In this document: one piece after another, positions 47,010-56,021 of the stretch
How the letters are laid out: each line of letters begins with the position of its first letter
Numbering within the stretch: position 1 is the stretch's first letter
Assembly: GCA_045126975.1 (NCBI GenBank)
Contig: JBGVPL010000001.1
Coordinates: forward strand, 8,642-72,641
Direction of reading: 5' to 3'
Source of the DNA: Candidatus Aphodosoma sp.
GTDB taxonomy: Bacteria > Bacteroidota > Bacteroidia > Bacteroidales > Paludibacteraceae
DNA: 64,000 nucleotides
Program-made: the position numbers and the translations under genes
The notes under the pieces: model-generated
The model's input: only the letters and a program-made list of their open reading frames with translations
Databases searched by the model: none
Told to the model about the DNA's origin: nothing

Positions 47010-47224
47010 TCTTTTTGGACGACTATTATTCTGCTACAGCATGAGATGGTTGAGGTTGTGTTTAATGCCGCGAGGTTTCCTAAACTCTCAACTCTCAACT
47101 CTCAACTGAGAATATGTTTAGTATCTAAATCATTTAGACTCAATGCTCCGTCATTGACTACTTGAATGATTGCTTAAACAAAAAAAAGTAAAAAGAAAGT
47201 AAACTATTAAAAAAACAAACAATT

Positions 47225-48025
47225 ATGTCTGTACAATTTCAAGAACTTCTTGATGCAGGTGCACACTTTGGTCACCTCCGCCGTAAATGGAACCCAGCAA
47301 TGGCTCCATATATCTTCATGGAACGCAATGACATCCACATCATTGACCTCCACAAAACTGTAGCTAAAATCGACGAAGCTGCTGCAGCAATGAAACAAAT
47401 TGCTAAATCTGGCAAACGCGTTCTTTTCGTAGCTACTAAAAAACAAGCTAAACAAGTTGTAGCTGATCTTGCAACAGAAGCTGGCATGCCTTACATCACT
47501 GAACGTTGGGCTGGTGGTATGTTGACAAACTTCCCTACAATTCGTAAAGCTATCAAAAAAATGGGTGCTATCGATAAAATGGCTAATGATGGTACTTTTG
47601 ATGCTCTTTCAAAACGCGAAAAACTCCAAATCACTCGTCAACGCGCTAAACTCGAAAAGAACCTTGGTTCTATCGCTGACCTTAGCCGTCTCCCAGCTGC
47701 AATCTTTGTAGTTGACGTTATGAAAGAACACATCGCTGTTGCTGAAGCTCAACGTCTTGGTATTCCAGTATTTGGTATCGTAGATACTAACTCTAACCCT
47801 AACGGTATCGATTTCGTTATCCCTGCTAACGACGACGCTACAAAAGCTATCGAAGTAATCGTTGCTGAAATGGTTAAAGCTCTTAAAGAAGGCGCTCAAG
47901 AACGCAAAATCGAACGCGCTGAAGAAGAAGGTGCTGAACAACCAGAAGTAAAAGAAAAACGCACACGCGCTAAAAAAGGTGCTAAAGCTGAAAAAGCAGA
48001 AGCTCCAGCTGAAGACAAAGAATAA
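47225..48025 (+). CDS. rpsB: 30S ribosomal protein S2
   Basis: LLDAGAHFGHLRRKWNPAMAPYIF...RWAGGMLTNF, with an acidic/Lys-rich C-terminal tail. Confidence 0.97.
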   Translation: MSVQFQELLDAGAHFGHLRRKWNPAMAPYIFMERNDIHIIDLHKTVAKIDEAAAAMKQIAKSGKRVLFVATKKQAKQVVADLATEAGMPYITERWAGGMLTNFPTIRKAIKKMGAIDKMANDGTFDALSKREKLQITRQRAKLEKNLGSIADLSRLPAAIFVVDVMKEHIAVAEAQRLGIPVFGIVDTNSNPNGIDFVIPANDDATKAIEVIVAEMVKALKEGAQERKIERAEEEGAEQPEVKEKRTRAKKGAKAEKAEAPAEDKE

Positions 48026-48232
48026 TATTTCTTTAGAGTAGAAAGTCGTAAGTCGTTGGTCGTAAGACTTTAGATGCTACGAATTGTTCAATGCCGAAAG
48101 GTCTTGCTACTTATATCTTGCTACTTGCTACTAATAATATAAAGCGTTATAGATTCTCAGCTCCAAGCCGTGATTCTCTAACGCTTTTTATAAAATTGAA
48201 CTAATTTATAAACTCTTAAATACTTTACTACT

Positions 48233-49051
48233 ATGGCAGTAACAATGGCGGAAATTTCTAAACTCCGCACTATGACAGGCGCAGGTATGATGGACTGTAA
48301 AAACGCCCTCACCGAAGCTAATGGCGACATGGAACAAGCTATCGAACTTATCCGTAAACGTGGTCAAGCTATCGCAGCTAAACGTAGCGACCGTGAAGCA
48401 TCTGAAGGTTGCGTTCTCGCTGGCGTTAAAGATGGTTTCGCAGCTATCGTAGCTTTGAAATGTGAAACTGACTTCGTTGCTAAAAACGCTGATTTCATTG
48501 CTCTTACTCAACTTATCCTCGATACTACTCTTGCTAACAAACCAGCTAACCTCGAAGCACTTAACGCTATCGCTATCGAAGGTCGTACAATCGCTGAACT
48601 CGTAACTGACCGTTCAGGTGTTACTGGTGAAAAAATGGAAATCGGTTACTACGAATTCGTTGAAGGCGCAACTGTAGTTGAATACATCCACCCAGGTAAC
48701 AAACTCGCTACTATCGTTGCTTTCGCTGAAGCTGGTGTTGACCACCAAGTAGGTCGCGACGTAGCTATGCAAGCTGCAGCTATGAACCCAGTTGCTCTTA
48801 ACCGTGACTCTGTTCCTGCTGACGTTATCGCTAAAGAATTGGAAATTGGTCGTGAAAAAGCTCGCGAAGAAGGTAAACCAGAAGCTATTCTTGATAGAAT
48901 TGCTCAAGGTCGTTTGGATAAATTCTTCAAAGAATCTACACTTGTAGAACAAGAGTTCATCAAAGACAACAAAATGACTGTAGGTGCTTACGCTAAAGCA
49001 AACAACGCTACTCCAACAGCATTCAAACGCGTAACTCTTAACCAAGACTAA
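48233..49051 (+). CDS. tsf: Translation elongation factor Ts
   Basis: UBA-like N-terminus ISKLRTMTGAGMMDCKNALTEANGDMEQAIELIRKRG, directly downstream of rpsB. Confidence 0.96.
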   Translation: MAVTMAEISKLRTMTGAGMMDCKNALTEANGDMEQAIELIRKRGQAIAAKRSDREASEGCVLAGVKDGFAAIVALKCETDFVAKNADFIALTQLILDTTLANKPANLEALNAIAIEGRTIAELVTDRSGVTGEKMEIGYYEFVEGATVVEYIHPGNKLATIVAFAEAGVDHQVGRDVAMQAAAMNPVALNRDSVPADVIAKELEIGREKAREEGKPEAILDRIAQGRLDKFFKESTLVEQEFIKDNKMTVGAYAKANNATPTAFKRVTLNQD

Positions 49052-49083
49052 TCTATTGAACTAATATAGTTTAATATTATAAA

Positions 49084-49119
49084 AAAGCTGTATCACTTGA
49101 TTGTGGTACAGCTTTTTTG
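49084..49119 (+). terminator. Intrinsic terminator after tsf
   Basis: 11-bp stem agctgtatcac/gtggtacagct (one G-U), loop ttgatt, T5. Confidence 0.85.
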
Positions 49120-49388
49120 CTTTTGGGGGTCGTGGTGTCAAATTATAAAAATATTATTCCTGAAAAAATAGACACATTTGAATTTTCAAACTTTCAAATT
49201 TTCAAACTTTTGAAATTATTTTGCCTGCCAATACACAATGAGAGTGGGTATAAATTTTGGCGGTTTTCTTGCTTGCAGTTTGCTTGCACCTTACCGTTGG
49301 GTTCGGTTCTAGAATACACATTGTGAGTGTGTATTGGACCTCTCCAACTTCGCAACTTCGTAAGTTCGCAAATTGTATTTTTTTGTTT

Positions 49389-51134
49389 TTATTGTTCGGT
49401 TGTCTCGATAGGTGTATATTTAGCAATTGTTTTCCAAATTTTCGTGCGTTTGTATTTATTTAGACTCTCTTTGGGTACTTTAATTTCTTTTATATCGAAT
49501 GAGTCAGGTTCTATGATTGGTGGTTTGGAATTTAGGATTGTGATGGATTTCAGTGAAGAACAATTTGTAAATGCGTCTTTGTTTATATAATTCACTGATT
49601 CTGGAATGATAATTTCTTTGATTGATGAACATCCATGGAATGCATATTTACCTATTTTAGTTACTTGCTTAGGAATAGTTATTGATTTTAAAGCCTCGCA
49701 ACCCATAAAAGCCCAATCCATAATTTTGTTAATAGTATTAGGCAAAACAACTGCTTCAAGAGATGTACACCCTGCAAATAGGCTATCATTAATTGTTGTT
49801 ACACCATCGGGTATGCAAATAGATTTTAATGACACACAATAATCAAAAGCATGACTTTCAATATCAATTAAATTATCAGAAAGGATAATGTTGGCTAGTT
49901 TTATGCAAGTGCTAAATGCAGCATCTTCAATGCATTTGACACTATTTGGTATTATTATAGAAGTGAGAGAAGTACATCTTTCAAATGCATAGAAACATAT
50001 TTCTTCTACAGTATCGGGTATTGTAATTGTTTTGAGAGACGAACAATTTCGGAATATTTCACCCTCAATCCTATTTATTTTTTCTGGTAGTTTAACTGAT
50101 GTAAGCGAAGTACAATTTTCAAAGGCTCCTTTATAAAGATGGGTTACACTATTAGGAATTGATATAGACTGAAGTGAAGAACAATCTAAAAACGCATAAT
50201 AACCAACTATTTCTAAACTATCAGGAAGAGTAATCGTTTTTAAGTTCTTACACTGATAGAACGCGTAATCGCAAATACAAGTTGTACCTTCTTTTATATC
50301 AATATGAAAATCAATAGGCATTTCACCTTTGTATTTATAAAAACAATTATTTATATAAATAGGTCCGTCTTGCTGATCATCCAACCATTGAGTACCATCA
50401 AAAACATTGCCATCTAAAGATGTTACGCTTTTAGGAATTGTAATATTTTTAAGAGATTTACAGTCTATGAATGCTTCATATTCTATATTAGTAACACCTT
50501 CAGGAATAACGATGCTTGTTAATGAAACACATTCAGCAAACGCTGATTCAGCTATGCAAATTATGCTATCAGGAAGCGTAATATCAGTAAGAGATGAACA
50601 ATTACCAAATGTATAATCTTGAATTATAGTCACTTTGCTTGGTATATTGATTGATGAAAGTGCAGTACAATTAGCAAATGCGTAATCATCTATAGTGACA
50701 ATACTATTCGGTAATACAATTGAGCGAAGCGACGAACATCCCTCAAAAGCCGAACTCTCAATCTCTTTAACACCATTAGGAATTATAATTGATTCAAGCG
50801 AAGTACAACCTTTGAATGTCTCAAACTGAATAGTTTTGATTTTTTTAGGTAGCACTATTGATTTAAGTGACTCGCAATTGGCAAATGCACACATTGTGAT
50901 TTCTTTTATGTAATCAGGAATTACAATAGTTTCAAGCAACTTGCAATATGAAAAAGCATAAATACCAATTTTAGTAACTTTGTACTCTACACCTTCATAG
51001 ATTACTTTTTCTGGAATGTTTATTTCTGTAGACTTACAACAATAGTCAGCATTGACTATCGTAGCAGTCTTATGCCTATTATTGAATATATAACAGATAT
51101 TATCAATCAAAATTTCTTTCTTTATTTTTTTCAT
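49389..51134 (-). CDS. BspA-type leucine-rich repeat (LRR_5) protein, 581 aa, no signal peptide and no T9SS tail
   Basis: About 20 tandem ~23-aa units of the form IP.SV..I...AF..C..L.SI. The N-terminus MKKIKKEILIDNICYIF has no hydrophobic signal sequence. Confidence 0.85.
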   Translation of the reverse strand: MKKIKKEILIDNICYIFNNRHKTATIVNADYCCKSTEINIPEKVIYEGVEYKVTKIGIYAFSYCKLLETIVIPDYIKEITMCAFANCESLKSIVLPKKIKTIQFETFKGCTSLESIIIPNGVKEIESSAFEGCSSLRSIVLPNSIVTIDDYAFANCTALSSINIPSKVTIIQDYTFGNCSSLTDITLPDSIICIAESAFAECVSLTSIVIPEGVTNIEYEAFIDCKSLKNITIPKSVTSLDGNVFDGTQWLDDQQDGPIYINNCFYKYKGEMPIDFHIDIKEGTTCICDYAFYQCKNLKTITLPDSLEIVGYYAFLDCSSLQSISIPNSVTHLYKGAFENCTSLTSVKLPEKINRIEGEIFRNCSSLKTITIPDTVEEICFYAFERCTSLTSIIIPNSVKCIEDAAFSTCIKLANIILSDNLIDIESHAFDYCVSLKSICIPDGVTTINDSLFAGCTSLEAVVLPNTINKIMDWAFMGCEALKSITIPKQVTKIGKYAFHGCSSIKEIIIPESVNYINKDAFTNCSSLKSITILNSKPPIIEPDSFDIKEIKVPKESLNKYKRTKIWKTIAKYTPIETTEQ

Positions 51135-51148
51135 AGGGTAGAGGGATG

Positions 51149-52141
51149 TTATAAATATCGTTCAACAAGGTAATCTCTATAATCTTTATGTTCATTCTTA
51201 TAATTTTCGTCTAAGTAAGAAATAACCTTTTGGTAGGTGATATGGCGGAAATCAATTCCATCAGCTTTTGCAATTGAAGCAAAAGCTTCTATTTCTTCTT
51301 GGTGTTCTTTTGCTTCTTCTGAATTTGGCACATCATACCATAAGTACAATAAAATGATTTCTTTGTTTTTTAGTATTTCTTTGTCGTCGTCGGTTCTTAG
51401 TCCGAGTATATGTTTAATAAGTTGTGCTGCATCTAAACGCTTAGTTTTTCTCAATACTTCTATTGATTCTTTTATTTCACAATTTTCAATTTGATAATTC
51501 TGGGCATGTATAGCATTTGCTAATTTTTCTATGTGTGGTATTTCTTTCCATAATGACTCTTTTTTAATATATGAATCTTGCATTTCAGAATTTTTATTAC
51601 TTCCATCGATATATGGTTCTGTAAATTTTGATTCTATGGCAATAATCTGATCTTCAAACTCTATCATTACATCTAAATTTGGGGTTCCAAATTTTACTTT
51701 TTTTATTATTTCGCCGTCCTTGTATTTTATTTGGAGTTTTTCTTCAAATTTTATTATTTTAACATCTCCCACTTTATCATTATCATTTACAAGTCCTAAT
51801 GCTATCAAAAGAGGAGTTCTATTCATTTCCTGATTTTGCCAATATTGAAAAAGATTAACTACTAATGCAGAAGAAGAATGAAGTGCAGACATTTTAGGTC
51901 TATGGGTAATTGTTTTTGTTTCGCTACCTCCTCCTTTATTGTAAGCATTAATATTTTCAGGTCTTAACCCTTTTGTTTTATTATCAATTGGGAATAGATT
52001 ATCTTCAATTGTTTCTAAATAATTTTTATCTTCACACTCTTCACCATCAATAATCTTACCACTAACAAGTGTTTTGTCTTCTGCCCATTTTTGTTGTTTA
52101 TCTAGAATTAAATACATAGCTGTTGTTTCTTTTTTTGCCAT
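51149..52141 (-). CDS. PD-(D/E)XK restriction-endonuclease-like protein (330 aa), family not recognised
   Basis: Candidate catalytic core GTPNLDVMIEF...IIAIESKFTEPY (D...E-x-K), plus an upstream MSALHSSSALVVNLF block. It lies 14 nt upstream of the LRR gene on the same strand. No methyltransferase is nearby. Confidence 0.5.
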   Translation of the reverse strand: MAKKETTAMYLILDKQQKWAEDKTLVSGKIIDGEECEDKNYLETIEDNLFPIDNKTKGLRPENINAYNKGGGSETKTITHRPKMSALHSSSALVVNLFQYWQNQEMNRTPLLIALGLVNDNDKVGDVKIIKFEEKLQIKYKDGEIIKKVKFGTPNLDVMIEFEDQIIAIESKFTEPYIDGSNKNSEMQDSYIKKESLWKEIPHIEKLANAIHAQNYQIENCEIKESIEVLRKTKRLDAAQLIKHILGLRTDDDKEILKNKEIILLYLWYDVPNSEEAKEHQEEIEAFASIAKADGIDFRHITYQKVISYLDENYKNEHKDYRDYLVERYL

Positions 52142-52178
52142 AACTTTTACATTTTAAGGTTAATACTAAATTTTAACG

Positions 52179-52209
52179 CAAAGGTAATCTTTTTTATTTA
52201 TTTGTCAAA
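52179..52209 (-). promoter_or_regulatory. Canonical Bacteroidetes promoter for the nuclease-LRR operon (minus strand)
   Basis: On the minus strand: TTTG (complement of 52206-52209), 19 nt, TACCTTTG (complement of 52179-52186). It sits about 38 nt upstream of the ATG at 52141. Confidence 0.65.
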
Positions 52210-52237
52210 CTTTTTTGGGTTATTTGAGAGTGAGTTT

Positions 52238-52441
52238 TTAATAAATGTTTTGATTGTCTTTGTCGTCTTGCTGGTTAAATTCTGAATCGGTCGAATTTTC
52301 TGAATCGAGGGTATCTAGTTCAGATTGTTTATTAGGATCCCATTTTGTACTCCACAAGAGTCGGAATCCTCGTCGTTGTTTACATTCTTCTGGCGTTAGA
52401 ATGGCTGATTTTTTAATTACGATGTTTCGTTTTGTTTTCAT
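52238..52441 (-). CDS. Hypothetical small protein (67 aa; basic N-terminus, acidic C-terminus); coding status uncertain
   Basis: ORF only. No recognisable motif or promoter. It lies in the AT-rich island upstream of the nuclease-like gene. Confidence 0.25.
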   Translation of the reverse strand: MKTKRNIVIKKSAILTPEECKQRRGFRLLWSTKWDPNKQSELDTLDSENSTDSEFNQQDDKDNQNIY

Positions 52442-52980
52442 ACTGATTATAGTTTTAATTGGTTTGATATTTTATCGATTGAAAAAAGGAAGCCCCCCTA
52501 TATATAATACGAATATCGATTTTAATTTCGGAGAATTTTATTTGTTATTATAAACAGATAAAAACATTTTTTAACATTGGTAATTTTATTATTTTATTGA
52601 TTGTTAGATTTTTATTTTGATTTATTGGGTTAGTATAGTGGTGCAATATACCTAAAACTTTAACGTTTGTTTACTAAACTTTAACTTATTTTAAGATAAA
52701 AATCGTGTATAAAGATGATTTTTTAGCCTGTTTTTGCTTGAAAAAGCACTAATTTAGAGCTAAAATTGGCTTGTTTTTTAGTGTGATTTTTCGAGAAATC
52801 GTCATATTTTGTAGAAAAAAGGAAATATTTTGGCAGTTTTCTTCGGTATATGTTGCTTGAAGTTTGCTTGAGGTAAGGTGGAAAAATTGGTACAGAATGA
52901 GTGGGTGGGGAGTCGAGAAATAGATGTTTTTAGGGGAAGGGTTAGTTGTGTTTTGTCTGTATAGAAATGGGGTTAAATGA

Positions 52981-53024
52981 AAAAAGAGGCTGTGTCTGAA
53001 TTTTGACACAGCCTCTTTTTTTTG
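52981..53024 (-). terminator. Intrinsic (bidirectional-type) terminator downstream of lon
   Basis: Perfect 12-bp stem agaggctgtgtc/gacacagcctct, 8-nt loop, flanked by A6 on the left and T7 on the right. Confidence 0.85.
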
Positions 53025-53031
53025 TTGTGTG

Positions 53032-55428
53032 TTACTTCTCGATGGCGATTGAGAGGGCATCTGCCATGTTGCGGACGAAGTGGAATTGGAGGCCATCGAG
53101 GTATTCTTGTTGGATTTCGTTCACATCTTTTTGGTTATCAACGCAGAGAATAATCTCTTTGATACCAGCACGTTTGGCTGCAAGGATTTTCTCTTTTATA
53201 CCACCCACAGGGAGAAGTTTGCCACGAAGGGTGATTTCGCCAGTCATAGCAAGACGGTTTTTAACCTTACGACCTGTAAAACTTGAAACCAAAGCAGTGA
53301 GGATTGCAATACCAGCCGATGGTCCGTCTTTTGGAATAGCACCTTCTGGCACGTGAATATGCACACTGTGGTTTTCGAGGTCTTCATCACTGATACCTAA
53401 TTGCTTGTTGTGAGATTTGATATATTCGAGAGCCAATTGAGCCGACTCTTTCATCACGTCGCCAAGATTACCAGTGAGCGAGAGTTTACCGCCCTTTTGA
53501 GTGTTGATAGACGACTCGATATAGAGAATTTCGCCACCCACTTGAGTCCAAGCCAAGCCTGTAACTACACCGCAATATTCGCTGATGTCGTACATATCGT
53601 GGTCGATGTGCGACACGCCGAGATATTCTTGAAGACTATCAGGCTTGATAGTTGTAGTGAACTCAGGGTCAATAGCGATGTTTTTAGCCACTTTGCGCAT
53701 GATTTTAGCAATAGTGCGGTCGAGTGAGCGGACACCACTTTCGCGAGTGTAGTTGTCGATAATTGCACGTACGGCAGGTTTAGAGAACTTGAGTTGGTTC
53801 TTTTTGATACCGTGAATCTCAAGTTGTTTTGGTATGAGGTGGCGTGTTGCAATTTCGATTTTTTCCTCTGTGATATAGCCACTAACCTCGATTAGCTCCA
53901 TACGGTCGAGAAGCGGTTTAGAGATAGTATTGAGGTCGTTGGCAGTGGCGATGAAGAGCACGTTAGACAAGTCGTAGTCGATATCGAGGAAATTGTCGTG
54001 GAACGCATTATTTTGTTCAGGGTCAAGCACTTCGAGAAGTGCAGATGCAGGGTCGCCTTTGAAGTCGGAATTGACTTTGTCGATTTCGTCGAGCACAAAT
54101 ACAGGGTTAGACGAGCCACATTTATTGAGATTTTGGATAATGCGACCAGGCATAGCACCGATGTAAGTGCGACGGTGACCACGGATTTCTGCTTCGTCGT
54201 GAAGACCACCGAGCGATACGCGTACGTATTTGCGACCAAGGGTTTCGGCAATAGACTTTCCGAGCGAAGTTTTACCAACTCCCGGAGGACCATAGAGGCA
54301 GATGATAGGCGATTTGAGGTCGCCTTTTAGTTTGAGCACAGCGAGGTGTTCGATGATGCGGTCTTTGACTTTCTCCATGCCAAAGTGGTCGCGGTCAAGC
54401 ACTTTTTGTGCTTTTTTGAGGTCGAAATTGTCTTTAGTAAACTCGTTCCAAGGGAGATTAACGATAGTTTCGACGTAGGTAAGTTGAACAGAGAAATCAG
54501 GAGAGTTAGGGTGCATGCGCTCAAGTTTGCGCACTTCACGCTCAAAAGTTTCACGCACCTTGTCGCTCCATTTTTTAGATTTAGCCTTCTCTTTAAGAGC
54601 CTGTACGTCTTGACTTGCTGTGTCACCGCCCAACTCCTCTTGAATAGTCTTCATTTGTTGTTGAAGATAGTATTCGCGTTGTTGCTGGTCGATGTCGAGA
54701 CGAGCTTTATTTTGGATAGAGGCTTTTATTTCAAGGAGTTGAGATTCTTTTGTGAGAATATCGAGAAGGAGGTAGCCACGCTCGGTGAGGTCGTTGAGTT
54801 CGAGGAGTTTTACCTTGTCGCTCAACGAGATGCTGAAGTTAGAGCAGATGAAATTGATGAGGCTAACAGGTTTTTCGATATTGCGGATAGCGAAAGTGGC
54901 TTCGTCGGGAATTGAATTAGAATTCTTGATTATGCGGATAGCCAACTCTTTGAGAGCTTCGACAAGAGCAGTGAATACTCGGTCGTCTTGTGCAGGCTCA
55001 ATCTCATCCATGATATTTATTTTCACGGTATGGAAAGGCGATTCGCTGATCAATTCGGTGGCAGTGGCACGTTTTTTACCTTGAAGGATGACAGTTGTAG
55101 TGCCATCAGGCATTTCGAGTATGCGCACGATGCGAGCCACCGTACCCATAGGGTAGATGTCTTGCAAAGTAGGATTTTCGATTTTGGCATTTATTTGTGT
55201 ACCGACAAAGAGTTCGCCCTCTTTTTGATATACTTCGCGCACCAAACGGAGACTCTTTTTGCGACCTACGGTGATAGGCATCACTACTTTAGGAAACAAA
55301 ATCATATTGCGCAAAGGCAACAACGGGAGAATGTCGTTGTCTTGGCACTCGATTGGCGACTCCTCATCATCAGCAATAAGCGGAATCATGTCGGCTTGCA
55401 CTTCGTTGATTTCTTCTGATAAAAACAT
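53032..55428 (-). CDS. lon: ATP-dependent Lon protease (LonA)
   Basis: LON N-domain, Walker A GPPGVGKTS, and protease domain with PKDGPSAGIAILTALVS (catalytic Ser). The start is set at M19 (MFLSEEINE). Confidence 0.97.
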   Translation of the reverse strand: MFLSEEINEVQADMIPLIADDEESPIECQDNDILPLLPLRNMILFPKVVMPITVGRKKSLRLVREVYQKEGELFVGTQINAKIENPTLQDIYPMGTVARIVRILEMPDGTTTVILQGKKRATATELISESPFHTVKINIMDEIEPAQDDRVFTALVEALKELAIRIIKNSNSIPDEATFAIRNIEKPVSLINFICSNFSISLSDKVKLLELNDLTERGYLLLDILTKESQLLEIKASIQNKARLDIDQQQREYYLQQQMKTIQEELGGDTASQDVQALKEKAKSKKWSDKVRETFEREVRKLERMHPNSPDFSVQLTYVETIVNLPWNEFTKDNFDLKKAQKVLDRDHFGMEKVKDRIIEHLAVLKLKGDLKSPIICLYGPPGVGKTSLGKSIAETLGRKYVRVSLGGLHDEAEIRGHRRTYIGAMPGRIIQNLNKCGSSNPVFVLDEIDKVNSDFKGDPASALLEVLDPEQNNAFHDNFLDIDYDLSNVLFIATANDLNTISKPLLDRMELIEVSGYITEEKIEIATRHLIPKQLEIHGIKKNQLKFSKPAVRAIIDNYTRESGVRSLDRTIAKIMRKVAKNIAIDPEFTTTIKPDSLQEYLGVSHIDHDMYDISEYCGVVTGLAWTQVGGEILYIESSINTQKGGKLSLTGNLGDVMKESAQLALEYIKSHNKQLGISDEDLENHSVHIHVPEGAIPKDGPSAGIAILTALVSSFTGRKVKNRLAMTGEITLRGKLLPVGGIKEKILAAKRAGIKEIILCVDNQKDVNEIQQEYLDGLQFHFVRNMADALSIAIEK

Positions 55429-55885
55429 ATTTTTAGACTTATAGTAGCGAGTTTTTTTGAATGCATAATGCATAATGCACAATTATATTGGCTTCGCTTG
55501 TTAATATTTTATTTTGAATATGCCATAATGTCTTGAGTTCTGTGGTTTGTTTTTGATGTTTATTGTGACAATATGGCACTATTTGTCTATTTTCGAGACT
55601 TTAGAGGTTCGTTTTAGCCTCCACTATATATTATACAATCGGTGTGCCAAAAGTAGAGAATGAGGAGTTAGGAATGAGGAGTTAGAAATTAGTATTTTGG
55701 AATTAGGAGTAAGGGAGATTTTTTGAAGAGAGATGTGTTGTTTTTTCTTTTTTTTTTTACTATCTTTGTGGTGATTTTTGGGTTGTGATGTCTTGAGAAC
55801 TGTGTTTTAGTATTTAATTTGTTGGTTTTTAGTTGGTTGTATATTGTTTTTATGAGGTTCTATAAAGAGTTGTGTCGTTGGAAAT

Positions 55886-56000
55886 GGCGGATAATGTGAA
55901 AAATATAGGTGTTTTTACAACGGATAATGTGAAAAATGAGTATAAATTACGGCGGATAATGTGAAAAAAGTATGTGTTTTTATGGCGGATAATGTGAAAT
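55886..56000 (+). repeat. Four direct repeats of (G)GCGGATAATGTGAAAAA at 32-33 bp spacing, upstream of the AAA ATPase gene
   Basis: Copies start at 55886, 55920, 55951 and 55984. The last copy, preceded by AT, reads ATGGCGGATAATGTGAAA and resembles the gene start ATGGCAGAGAAAATGAAG at 56022. Confidence 0.85.
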
Positions 56001-56021
56001 TAGATTAAAAATAGTTGTAAT

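Noticed and set aside
49117-49590. Small plus-strand ORFs (49117-49326, 49257-49463, 49327-49590) downstream of tsf
   Set aside because: They lie in repeat-rich non-coding DNA or antisense to the 3' end of the LRR gene. They have no motifs and no promoter.
55525-55810. Short direct repeat ATGTCTTGAG-NN-CTGTG-N-TTT at 55525-55549 and 55785-55810
   Set aside because: About 18 of 21 matches. A rough estimate gives several such matches expected by chance in 64 kb, so it is not treated as meaningful.
55886-56000. Possible CRISPR array or DnaA-box cluster
   Set aside because: There are only four ~17-19 nt repeats with ~14-16 nt spacers, which is far too short for CRISPR. There are no cas genes. 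The repeat does not match the TTATCCACA DnaA box.
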